Assembly (NCBI GenBank): GCA_027251445.1
Contig: JAPNQO010000018.1
Location: 1 to 13,611 of the forward strand
From: Fidelibacterota bacterium
Lineage (GTDB): Bacteria > Fidelibacterota > Marinisomatia > Marinisomatales > TCS55
Direction: 5' to 3'
DNA length: 13,611 nt
In this document: piece after piece, positions 1-8,068 of the stretch
Layout: each line of letters begins with the position of its first letter
How positions within the stretch are numbered: the first letter of the stretch is position 1
Position numbers and translations under genes: made by a program
Notes under the pieces: generated by a model
Databases searched by the model: none
Seen by the model: only the letters and a program-made list of their open reading frames with translations
Told to the model about the DNA's origin: nothing

Positions 1-83
1 GCCCGAGACTGGAGTCGAACCAGCACATCCCTAAGGACACTAGACCCTGAATCTAGCGCGTCTACCAATTCCGCCACTCGGGC
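1..83 (-). tRNA. tRNA-Leu, anticodon CAG (class II, long variable arm); discriminator/CCA lie beyond the window edge
   Basis: Reverse complement reads GCCCGAG-TGGCGGAATTGGTAGACGCG-CTAGA-TTCAGGG-TCTAG-TGTCCTTAGGGATG-TGCTGG-TTCGACT-CCAGT-CTCGGGC. This gives a 7-bp acceptor stem GCCCGAG/CTCGGGC, a D-loop GG, anticodon stem CTAGA/TCTAG with CAG (+ strand CTG at 47-49), a variable arm and a GGTTCGA T-loop. Confidence 0.97.
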
Positions 84-117
84 TTATTTGAGTAGTAAGT
101 TGAATCTAGGAGTAAAA

Positions 118-591
118 ATGAAACAAATATATATTTTAATATTTTTTCTTTTAATTCAGTTTGTTTATGCAGAAGATAGTGTTATTAATGAGTTAGATGC
201 TGCTTGGAATAAATTAGAACAAACTGTATCTAATGGAGATTTTCGTTCCTTTAAATCTGCATACCATCAAGACGCAGTATTAGTAAATGGAATAACAAAG
301 AGTAGTTATTCTATAAAAAAAGCATTTGAAGGGTGGAAGCAAGGTTTTACAGATACTGAATCTGGAAAAATTACAGCAAATTTAGATGTAAGATTTTCGG
401 AGAGACTGTATGATGAATTTACTGCACATGAAACGGGTATCTTTCATTATTACACATTAAATCAAAATGGAGACAGAAATGATACGTATGTCCATTTTGA
501 ATCTCTTTGGGTTAAAAAAAATAATAAATGGATTATGTTAATGGAATATCAAAAATCAAGAGCTGATAAAACCGAGTGGAATAATCTATAA
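118..591 (+). CDS. Secreted NTF2-like / SnoaL-like (DUF4440-type) protein
   Basis: ATG at 118 follows AGGAG (108-112), so it is preferred over the TTG at 88. Signal peptide MKQIYILIFFLLIQFVYA. NTF2-like pattern: N-terminal helix then 'GDF...YHQDAVLV', and a C-terminal strand 'FESLWVKKNNKWIMLMEY'. Confidence 0.75.
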   Translation: MKQIYILIFFLLIQFVYAEDSVINELDAAWNKLEQTVSNGDFRSFKSAYHQDAVLVNGITKSSYSIKKAFEGWKQGFTDTESGKITANLDVRFSERLYDEFTAHETGIFHYYTLNQNGDRNDTYVHFESLWVKKNNKWIMLMEYQKSRADKTEWNNL

Positions 592-615
592 TTAAATAGA
601 TAGTGGATAAATTGT

Positions 616-1266
616 ATGTGTGGTAGGTATACTTTTTTTAATAATATTGATTCCTTAAAACATTCTTTAGATATAGATGTAATTGATGATAATATTATTG
701 ACCATCAAGCTAGTTATAATATTGCGCCTACTCAACATGCACCTGTTATTTTTCAAGATAATAAGAAAAGAATTTTAAAGAATATGAGGTGGGGTTTAAT
801 TCCATCATGGGCAAAAGATGATAGTTATAGTAGCAAGCTTATTAACGCTCGTTTAGAAACGATTAATGTAAAACCTAGTTTTAGAAATTTAATTTCTACA
901 AATAGATGTATTGTGCTCGCAAATGGTTATTATGAATGGTTAATTGTAGATAATAAAAAAGAACCTTACTTCATTTATGATAGAGAAAGTTCAATCACTA
1001 CAATGGCTGGCTTATGGAGTACGTGGGAGGATATAACATCCTTTACCATTATTACAAAGAAGAGTGATCTATCCATCAGTCACTTACACCATCGAATGCC
1101 GCTCATTATTCAGGAAGAAAATATTCAGCACTACTTAGATACAAATAACACAATAGATAATTTTATTGAATATGATGATATGAAATTAAAATATCATCAA
1201 GTATCAAATTTTGTGAATTCACCAAAAAATAATAGTGCTAGTTGTATTGATCCATTAGAAAAATAA
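616..1266 (+). CDS. yedK: SOS response-associated peptidase (SRAP, YedK/HMCES family), abasic-site DNA-protein crosslinking protein
   Basis: Diagnostic N-terminus MCGRY (catalytic Cys2), YNIAPTQ, MRWGLIPSWAKD, LINARLET, RCIVLANGYYEW (catalytic Glu), SFTIIT, HHRMPLI (catalytic His). Confidence 0.95.
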   Translation: MCGRYTFFNNIDSLKHSLDIDVIDDNIIDHQASYNIAPTQHAPVIFQDNKKRILKNMRWGLIPSWAKDDSYSSKLINARLETINVKPSFRNLISTNRCIVLANGYYEWLIVDNKKEPYFIYDRESSITTMAGLWSTWEDITSFTIITKKSDLSISHLHHRMPLIIQEENIQHYLDTNNTIDNFIEYDDMKLKYHQVSNFVNSPKNNSASCIDPLEK

Positions 1267-1275
1267 TTTGAAAGT

Positions 1276-1494
1276 ATGGAAATTTTTGGATTGATATCAT
1301 TAACAATACTAGCTTTAGTTACTATATTTTATTTATTAAAACGGATGAATCAAAAAAAAATAAAGAATAATAAAAATACAATCGATCCTTTTGTAGCAAA
1401 AGCTATGGCAAGTAAAATTGCTTCTGATGCGCAAAAACATAGAAAAGATCAGGAGAAATATAATTATATTAAAAGCAATGATGATGCTGGGTAA
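1276..1494 (+). CDS. Small hypothetical single-pass membrane protein
   Basis: 72-aa ORF starting 9 bp after the SRAP stop. N-terminal hydrophobic helix (IFGLISLTILALVTIFYLL) followed by a Lys-rich segment. Confidence 0.6.
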   Translation: MEIFGLISLTILALVTIFYLLKRMNQKKIKNNKNTIDPFVAKAMASKIASDAQKHRKDQEKYNYIKSNDDAG

Positions 1495-1556
1495 AAATCT
1501 TTCCAAAGCATTTAATATTTGTAAGACACATTATTGATATTATATTGAGGATAATT

Positions 1557-2612
1557 ATGAAGAAAATTTCATTTATTTTATTATTTATATTTTTATTAGG
1601 ATGTGATGATAGTGGTGATTCTAATAATTCAAATCCAATAATTTCAGGACGTAAAGTATATATTGTAGGAAGTGATGATGACGGAGCTTGCTATTGGGTG
1701 AATGGCACTCGGGTAGAACTCCCTGGGGGTGATTGGGCAACGGATATTGTAGTCGTGGATGGCGATGTGTATACAACAGGTACCTGTGGAGAATATGCCT
1801 GCTATTGGATTAATCAAGAAAAATATGAATTACCTGGATCTTGGGGTGAAGGTGAAGCTATCGCTGTTGATGGAAATGATGTGTACGTTGCAGGATGGTT
1901 TGTGAATGGATCCTGTTATTGGAAAAATGGACAGAAGATAAATTTAACAACCAATGGTGAATCGCAAGCATTTGCAATTGGAGTCCGAAGTAATGGTTCT
2001 GTATACATTGGTGGATCTTATATCAATAATCATCATTATGTAATTCCGTGTTTTTGGAAAGATGGTAATAATAGAACCAATCTTCCTATACCCAACCACG
2101 GAGATGGAGAAGTATATGATATTACTTTTAGTGAGGATGGTAATATGAGGTATTATGCCGGTTATACAATGAAACCAGATAACCTTACAGGGTATGCACC
2201 CAAGGCTGCTCGTTGGCGTCATACAGTTAGAACAGATTTACCTGATGGAACTTCAGACATAAGTCTTTATGGAACGGGTTCTTATGGCATTACAATCGAT
2301 GGAGAAGATATTTATGTTGCTGGATACACGGATTGGATTGGAGACTATGATGATGATAATACTGGGGGTACATTTCCTAGATACTGGAAAAATAATACGG
2401 TTCATGACCTTGAAGGAGGTCCCAATACTTCATTTGGAACAGGCCAGGCGAATGATATTCGAGTTGCTGATGGAAATGTTGTTGTAGTGGGAATAGCCAC
2501 CGGAGGACCAACTGGTGAGAGCGCCTGCTATTGGATTAATGGCGAACTTCACTACCTGGACGATGTGATAGGTGAATATTTTAGTGAAGCAAAAGGTGTT
2601 TTTATAGAATAA
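1557..2612 (+). CDS. Lipoprotein with seven 'xCYWxNG' repeats, probable beta-propeller
   Basis: ATG at 1557 follows GAGG. Signal peptide II MKKISFILLFIFLLG-C with a Ser/Asp/Asn linker. Seven repeats: ACYWVNG, ACYWINQ, SCYWKNG, PCFWKDG, AARWRHT, PRYWKNN, ACYWING, alternating with 'AxxIxVxDGDVYxAG'-type strands. Confidence 0.8.
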   Translation: MKKISFILLFIFLLGCDDSGDSNNSNPIISGRKVYIVGSDDDGACYWVNGTRVELPGGDWATDIVVVDGDVYTTGTCGEYACYWINQEKYELPGSWGEGEAIAVDGNDVYVAGWFVNGSCYWKNGQKINLTTNGESQAFAIGVRSNGSVYIGGSYINNHHYVIPCFWKDGNNRTNLPIPNHGDGEVYDITFSEDGNMRYYAGYTMKPDNLTGYAPKAARWRHTVRTDLPDGTSDISLYGTGSYGITIDGEDIYVAGYTDWIGDYDDDNTGGTFPRYWKNNTVHDLEGGPNTSFGTGQANDIRVADGNVVVVGIATGGPTGESACYWINGELHYLDDVIGEYFSEAKGVFIE

Positions 2613-2617
2613 ATATT

Positions 2618-2815
2618 GTGTCTTTTATGTTTCAAAAACAGTTAAATAATAAATATGTTAAAAGCGCTATCATATTATTTGGTACTTTATTTCTATTTCT
2701 GTTCATAGATGCTATTATATATGGTATTTCTTATGATGAATTAACCACAACAGGTTCAGCGATTTTAACTGTTTTTATACTTCATCATATTTATAATATA
2801 TTTAACTCTAAATAA
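2618..2815 (+). CDS. Small hypothetical membrane protein (two predicted TM helices)
   Basis: 65-aa ORF (GTG start; alternative ATG at 2627) 5 bp after the lipoprotein stop. Hydrophobic segments AIILFGTLFLFLFIDAIIYGI and GSAILTVFILHHIYNIF. Confidence 0.55.
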   Translation: MSFMFQKQLNNKYVKSAIILFGTLFLFLFIDAIIYGISYDELTTTGSAILTVFILHHIYNIFNSK

Positions 2816-2884
2816 ATAATTATCCATATATTTACTTATTCTACATATTTTATTTATTCTAATTAATAATTGAGGTTGATTTTA

Positions 2885-4228
2885 ATGAGTAACAAGAATT
2901 TTATAGATAGATATATACTAATATTAATTAATATAATAATATTTACTTATAGCTTTACTTTAGCACAAGATAAAATACCTAATGTGGTTGTATCTAAAAC
3001 AGTTGAAGATGCTCATTTTGACTATTTAAAAGAACTTCATGCTGAAGAATCAAAAGATATAGGGAAAATTTTAGGTCGATTAGGTTTGACTTCAAAGGGT
3101 CTCTCAGAATACAAACGTAAAGAGTATAACTTATATTTAGAAACCTATTTCCCTAATGCATACTCTGATAATGTACAAATGTTTTTGTTAGAATTAAATA
3201 TTGAAGAGGAACAATGGGCAGAAGCTGAAATGAATTTATTAAAATTTGTTTATTTATATCCTCAATCTTCCATATACAAGCAAGTAATTAATCGTGGTTA
3301 TAGTGTGCTTGATGAAGAAAAATATTTTAGTTCAACTAGAGATAAATTAATCAAATTATTAGGAGAGGCGCCAAAATCTGGTAAAACATATCAACGGCAC
3401 TATCAATTATTATCAGAAATACATGCTTTAAAGGATAAAAGATTAACTGAGCTCTTTAAAATAGAGTGTTGGAAATATATTCAATTATATCCAAATCGTT
3501 CACAATGTAGTATGGTTATGATGTGGTTGGCGCAGTTAGAGCAACAAAATAGCAATTTTCATCCTGCAGTAATGGTATATGAGAAATTGATGACGTTATA
3601 TCCATCAAGTAAAGATTATTCTGCTGCATTGTATCAAGTTGCCATGTTAAAGCAGGAAAAATTTAATGAATATAATGATGCAACTGTAAGTTTTCGGAAA
3701 TTCCTCAAAAAATTTCCAGATCATAAATATGTTGCTCATGCTCAATATAGAATTGCTACTATGGCAGATAAAAATTTTGATGATTGGTCTACTGCTGTAA
3801 AGGAATATGAAGTTCTTGCAGATAAATATCCTGATTTCAAATATACAATCCCAAGTTTGTTACGGATGGGTGATATTCAGGAATCAAAATTGAAAGAACG
3901 AAAAGAAGCAATTAAGACATACCAAAGAGTTTATTCTACGTATCCAGATAGTTCTGAATCAGCGATTGAAGCTTTACTTCGTTCAGGTAATCTATATGAA
4001 AAATCCAAACAATATGAAGAAGCTATTGATCAGTATATGACTGTAAATACAAAATATCCAAATTCACCAGGCTCTTTAAAGAGTCTAAATAAAAGCGCAG
4101 ATATCTATGAAAAGAAAATGAAGGATAAGGATAAAGCCATTGAAGTACTAAATATGATAACTGCCAATTATTCTGAATCGCGAGATGCAAAAAAAGCGCA
4201 ACGTCGTATTAAAAAATTAAGTAAATAA
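2885..4228 (+). CDS. Secreted tetratricopeptide-repeat protein (BamD/CpoB-like TPR array)
   Basis: ATG at 2885 follows GAGGT. Signal peptide ends FTLA-QD. Tandem helical repeats of about 37-38 aa, each with a (Y/F)P-x-S turn: LYPQSS, LYPNRS, LYPSSK, KFPDHK, KYPDFK, TYPDSS, KYPNSP, NYSESR. Confidence 0.85.
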   Translation: MSNKNFIDRYILILINIIIFTYSFTLAQDKIPNVVVSKTVEDAHFDYLKELHAEESKDIGKILGRLGLTSKGLSEYKRKEYNLYLETYFPNAYSDNVQMFLLELNIEEEQWAEAEMNLLKFVYLYPQSSIYKQVINRGYSVLDEEKYFSSTRDKLIKLLGEAPKSGKTYQRHYQLLSEIHALKDKRLTELFKIECWKYIQLYPNRSQCSMVMMWLAQLEQQNSNFHPAVMVYEKLMTLYPSSKDYSAALYQVAMLKQEKFNEYNDATVSFRKFLKKFPDHKYVAHAQYRIATMADKNFDDWSTAVKEYEVLADKYPDFKYTIPSLLRMGDIQESKLKERKEAIKTYQRVYSTYPDSSESAIEALLRSGNLYEKSKQYEEAIDQYMTVNTKYPNSPGSLKSLNKSADIYEKKMKDKDKAIEVLNMITANYSESRDAKKAQRRIKKLSK

Positions 4229-4254
4229 TTAATAATTTAAGGATTAACTCATTT

Positions 4255-4938
4255 ATGAAAATCAGGAAAAGTCTATTATATTTATTTTGTTTATCATTAC
4301 CATTTAATCTTTATGGTCAAGACTGGCCAAACTTCAACCGTTATAGACAGGATAACTATCGAGTAGGTATGCCTGCGGAAAATGAAAATAGAATTGTATT
4401 TATGGGTAATTCTATTACAGAAGGATGGTCTGTTACATATCCAGATTTTTTTAAAGGAAAACCATATATTAATCGTGGAATTAGTGGTCAAACGACTCCT
4501 CAAATGCTGGTAAGATTTCGAGCAGATGTAATCGATTTAAAACCAAAAGCAGTCGTGATTTTAGCTGGTACAAATGATATAGCAGGTAATACAGGCCCAT
4601 CTACAGTTAAAATGATTGCTGATAATATATTCTCAATGGCAGAGCTTGCTAAAGAACATAATATTTCTGTTATTATTTCCTCTGTTTTACCTGTTTACAA
4701 ATATTCATGGATAGAAGAAGATTTAGACCCAGTGCCAATCATAAGTAGATTAAACGCAATTATTAAGAATTATGCGTTGAAAAATGGTCATATATACCTT
4801 GATTATTATTCTGAAATGGTAGATGAAAGGATGGGGCTAATGGAAGAGTATACACCTGATGGCGTACATGCAAATAAGGCTGGATATAAAGTCATGTCTG
4901 CATTAGCAGAAAAAGCCATTATGAAAGCATTAAAGTAA
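4255..4938 (+). CDS. Secreted SGNH/GDSL-family hydrolase (acylhydrolase/esterase)
   Basis: Signal peptide ends LYG-QDW. All four SGNH blocks are present: I VFMGNSITEGW, II NRGISGQTT, III ILAGTNDIAG, V DGVHAN. Confidence 0.93.
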   Translation: MKIRKSLLYLFCLSLPFNLYGQDWPNFNRYRQDNYRVGMPAENENRIVFMGNSITEGWSVTYPDFFKGKPYINRGISGQTTPQMLVRFRADVIDLKPKAVVILAGTNDIAGNTGPSTVKMIADNIFSMAELAKEHNISVIISSVLPVYKYSWIEEDLDPVPIISRLNAIIKNYALKNGHIYLDYYSEMVDERMGLMEEYTPDGVHANKAGYKVMSALAEKAIMKALK

Positions 4939-5005
4939 ATATATCAATTAGTATCTTATTACTTTACAGCGTCTATTATATATTAATAATTAACTCATTA
5001 TTCTA

Positions 5006-6847
5006 ATGACCGCAAATAACAACCCCCGCATTTTATTATTTTGTATAAGTGCAATTATCATTTTCTCTGCATTGGCTTCTTATGTACAAAGTTCCGCAGG
5101 AAAGGTTCGTGTAACAGAAATCACTATCCCAACTCAAGATGGCCAATGGCTGAAAGCAGATTTATATAAGCCATTTACAGCGACATCAGAAAACCCTGCT
5201 CCAATGGTTGTAGTGATTCCTGGATTTCAGCGTTCAAAAGAAACTCTATCTAATCTTTCAATAGAACTATCTAGAAGAGGGATAGTGGTAATCAGTATAG
5301 ATCCATATGCTCAAGGTGGATCGAGTTCATCCTTTAGTACTAGAGCAGCAACCACAGAAGGATATGGAATGTTTGCTGTAGTTGATTATGCATATGAGAC
5401 AAATAATCTAAATTATATCGATAAAACACGAATTGGAGCTACCGGTCATTCTGCAGGTGGTCTCGCTGCTATACGTGGTGCAACGTACTTTGGTAAAGAA
5501 GCCAAGAAAAATGGTACAGTGAGTAAGTTACATTCTGTATTTGTATCCGGTTTTATTTACAGAGGGTTTACAAAAAAAGATCTGCAGCCAGTTTCATCAA
5601 ATATTGGAATTAGTTATGCTTTATATGATGAAGGTGCTTATCGAAATAAATTAAAACATGGTGAACTACGTTTAGCTCCTGAAGCGTTACAAATCATTAA
5701 TTCGTCAATTAATGATAAAAAGAATCATATTAATGAAATAACTATTGGTAAATATTATGGAAATAGCACTGAGAAAAATCTACGGGTTGTATATAATGAA
5801 AAGGTACTACATCCATTTCAGCCATATAATAGAGAAGTAATGGCGAATCAACTTATGTATTTTGAACAAGTTTTTGATTTGAAAAATACTTTATCTAATA
5901 ATAATCAGATTTGGTATTGGAAAGAAATATGTACAAGTATTTCCTTTATAGTATCTCTAATTATGTTGATTCCATTAACACAATTAATGCTAAATATTCC
6001 TTTCTTTGAACGAATAAAAAAACCTATCCCTAATATTTTGCCAAAACCTGAAGGAAAAGGAAAAATATTATTTTGGATTTTATTTGCTATTTCTGCTCTA
6101 GTTGCTGCATTTACCTTTATTCCTATGTCTGAATTATCTAAAACATTATTTGTAGAAGCTTCATCAAGAAAACAAACCTGGTTTTTTCCTCAAAGAATGA
6201 ATAATGCCATTATGTTATGGGCTATTTTAAATGGGGTAGTTAGTCTTATTATATTTTATACTAGTTATCGTTTATTTGGTAAGAAAAATGGTGTCCTGTT
6301 TGATATGTTAGGGCTAAGAATAAAACGTAGTGAATTATTAAGAACCTTTCTTTTAGCAATTATGATTTTTGCTATTTATTATATTTTACTATTTACGATA
6401 TACTTTCTTTTTCATGTCGATTATAGAATATTTTTTATTGGAATACGAATTTTTCGACCGGTTATGTTGCTGCTTCTCGTATTATATGCTCCTTTATTTT
6501 TTATCTTTTTTCTGTCTAATTCTTTACGTGTTAATGGAGCAATGCGTTTCAGTAATGATTTAAAATGGAAAACTTTATTTTTCCATGGTCTAGCAACGTC
6601 AATTGGACTTCTTTTAATAATATGTATTCAATATGTTACATTTTTTAAAACAGGAACAGTATTTTGGACAGATGGGTGGTTGTATGTAAATCTATTATTC
6701 GGTGTTGTTCCGATGATTTTCTTTCTTCCTTTTTTTCATAATTATTTTTTTCAAATGACAGGTACCGTATATCTTGGACCGATGATTACCTGTTTGGTCT
6801 TCATTATGAGCTTACTTTCTAATACTGTATGCTATATTCCAATTTAA
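5006..6847 (+). CDS. Alpha/beta-fold hydrolase fused to a C-terminal multi-pass membrane domain
   Basis: N-terminal hydrophobic anchor, then 'ADLYKP...PMVVVIPGF', nucleophile elbow 'RIGATGHSAGG', candidate Asp (YDE) and His (LHPFQP). From about residue 305 there are roughly eight hydrophobic helices. Confidence 0.85.
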   Translation: MTANNNPRILLFCISAIIIFSALASYVQSSAGKVRVTEITIPTQDGQWLKADLYKPFTATSENPAPMVVVIPGFQRSKETLSNLSIELSRRGIVVISIDPYAQGGSSSSFSTRAATTEGYGMFAVVDYAYETNNLNYIDKTRIGATGHSAGGLAAIRGATYFGKEAKKNGTVSKLHSVFVSGFIYRGFTKKDLQPVSSNIGISYALYDEGAYRNKLKHGELRLAPEALQIINSSINDKKNHINEITIGKYYGNSTEKNLRVVYNEKVLHPFQPYNREVMANQLMYFEQVFDLKNTLSNNNQIWYWKEICTSISFIVSLIMLIPLTQLMLNIPFFERIKKPIPNILPKPEGKGKILFWILFAISALVAAFTFIPMSELSKTLFVEASSRKQTWFFPQRMNNAIMLWAILNGVVSLIIFYTSYRLFGKKNGVLFDMLGLRIKRSELLRTFLLAIMIFAIYYILLFTIYFLFHVDYRIFFIGIRIFRPVMLLLLVLYAPLFFIFFLSNSLRVNGAMRFSNDLKWKTLFFHGLATSIGLLLIICIQYVTFFKTGTVFWTDGWLYVNLLFGVVPMIFFLPFFHNYFFQMTGTVYLGPMITCLVFIMSLLSNTVCYIPI

Positions 6848-6866
6848 GAGGAAGTTCAATAATAAA

Positions 6867-6896
6867 TTGTTTTTCATTCAATGAACAGTTTATATT
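6867..6896 (+). promoter_or_regulatory. Putative sigma70-type promoter of the cold-shock gene
   Basis: TTGTTT (6867-6872), 18-bp spacer, TATATT (6891-6896), about 70 bp upstream of the csp start. Weak evidence in AT-rich DNA. Confidence 0.35.
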
Positions 6897-6965
6897 CACA
6901 ATTATGTAATCGGTGTATTGCCCATTATTATAATATAAATCAGTTCAATTAACAGTGAGGAAATA

Positions 6966-7163
6966 ATGCAAAAAGGAAAAGTAAAATTCTACAACACAGC
7001 GAAAAGATATGGTTTCATTACAGGTGATGATGGAACAGACTATTTTTTCCACCAATCAGGATTAAATGACGATATTTACGTCAAAGATAATGATAGTGTA
7101 GAATTTGAGGTTGTTGACGGAGATAGAGGGCAAAAAGCCGTAAATATATCGCTTGTAGATTAA
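6966..7163 (+). CDS. csp: Cold-shock domain protein (CspA family)
   Basis: 65 aa: KGKVKFYN, RNP1 KRYGFI, RNP2 YFFHQS, VEFEVVDGDRGQKAVNI. RBS GAGG at 6957-6960. Confidence 0.97.
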   Translation: MQKGKVKFYNTAKRYGFITGDDGTDYFFHQSGLNDDIYVKDNDSVEFEVVDGDRGQKAVNISLVD

Positions 7164-7170
7164 CAACAAG

Positions 7171-7201
7171 AAAAAAACCCCGCCATGCGGGGTTTTTTTT
7201 T
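7171..7201 (+). terminator. Intrinsic (Rho-independent) terminator, symmetric/bidirectional type
   Basis: AAAAAAA-CCCCGC-CAT-GCGGGG-TTTTTTTTT, starting 8 bp after the csp stop. Confidence 0.92.
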
Positions 7202-7243
7202 ATCTTTTAATTATTTCTTTAATGTCTGTAGGAGTAATTCATT

Positions 7244-7816
7244 ATGAATTCTATTATTTCTACCTATGAAATAATTCGTAAAAACTTTTTTAAATCTGAT
7301 AGAAAAATAAGAGATCAGTATTTTAAAAAATATTTCCTAGATGCTATTTTAAACAAACATCCCTATAAGCTTTTAAGTAATAAGCACGATCATTCACATT
7401 CTATTGATTCCTATATTAAGAATGATACGTTACCAGAATATAGTTTTATTGATTTGACCAATAAGAAAAAGTTTTTTATTGAAAGTTATTATCAACCAAA
7501 CTGGTTGGGCAGTTACCCATATCAGTATATTAATCCCATTGAAAAAGAAAAGTTATTATCATATCAAAAATACGATGCTATTAGACGATTATTTATTGCT
7601 ATTACTATTGGCGATAATCAAATATCTGGAAAACCTATGGAGTGCTTTTTAGTACCTGTGCGATATTTAAAACATGAACATAAATTGTATCGGAAAATGA
7701 TACAGTATTTTGTTATTAGAAATATTGATGTATCATTAAATGAATTTACTAGCCCTTTATCTTCTCATGACTTATGGAAGCGATTTGATTGGAAACACTA
7801 TAATAATTATAAATAA
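7244..7816 (+). CDS. Hypothetical protein, possibly a degenerate PD-(D/E)XK nuclease-like fold
   Basis: 190-aa ORF with RBS AGGAG (7230-7234). 'LPEYSFIDLTNKKKFFIESYY' has the spacing of PD...(D/E)xK, and 'LFIAITIG...P.ECFLVPV' fits the later core strands. Confidence 0.55.
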   Translation: MNSIISTYEIIRKNFFKSDRKIRDQYFKKYFLDAILNKHPYKLLSNKHDHSHSIDSYIKNDTLPEYSFIDLTNKKKFFIESYYQPNWLGSYPYQYINPIEKEKLLSYQKYDAIRRLFIAITIGDNQISGKPMECFLVPVRYLKHEHKLYRKMIQYFVIRNIDVSLNEFTSPLSSHDLWKRFDWKHYNNYK

Positions 7817-7824
7817 AAGATAGA

Positions 7825-8010
7825 ATGATTATTTGGACTTGGCGCTGGAAAGACGATAAGGGTGTTCGTTTTGTAGAACGCTTTTACGATGATGGATCAA
7901 AATATGTCACTGAATATCATCCAGATTTCATATGGGATTATCGTATTACAAAAGATGGAAAACGATTAGCTGAAATTCACACGCCGAATTATGATCGTTT
8001 AGATAATTAG
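7825..8010 (+). CDS. Small hypothetical aromatic-rich beta-hairpin protein
   Basis: 61-aa ORF 8 bp after the upstream stop. Protein-like composition with alternating strands and D-G turns (WKDDKG, FYDDGS, TKDGK). Confidence 0.65.
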   Translation: MIIWTWRWKDDKGVRFVERFYDDGSKYVTEYHPDFIWDYRITKDGKRLAEIHTPNYDRLDN

Positions 8011-8068
8011 TAAGTCATTCTTTAATCAATAAATATACTTTGTCGTACGCGCGCGCTATTTAACCTGT

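Noticed and set aside
88..117. TTG-start N-terminal extension of the first CDS
   Set aside because: It starts 4 bp from the tRNA with no RBS. ATG 118 has AGGAG and begins a clean signal peptide.
1944..2487. ORFs 1944-2222 (-) and 2269-2487 (+)
   Set aside because: Both lie wholly inside the lipoprotein gene, antisense or out of frame, with no recognisable motifs.
2885..4228. Assigning bamD or cpoB to the TPR protein
   Set aside because: It has no lipobox Cys, is longer than BamD and has no tol-pal context. Only the generic TPR call is supported.
4297..4503. 68-aa antisense ORF
   Set aside because: Shadow of the well-supported SGNH hydrolase.
6369..6563. 64-aa out-of-frame hydrophobic ORF
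   Set aside because: By-product of T-rich transmembrane codons in the alpha/beta hydrolase gene.
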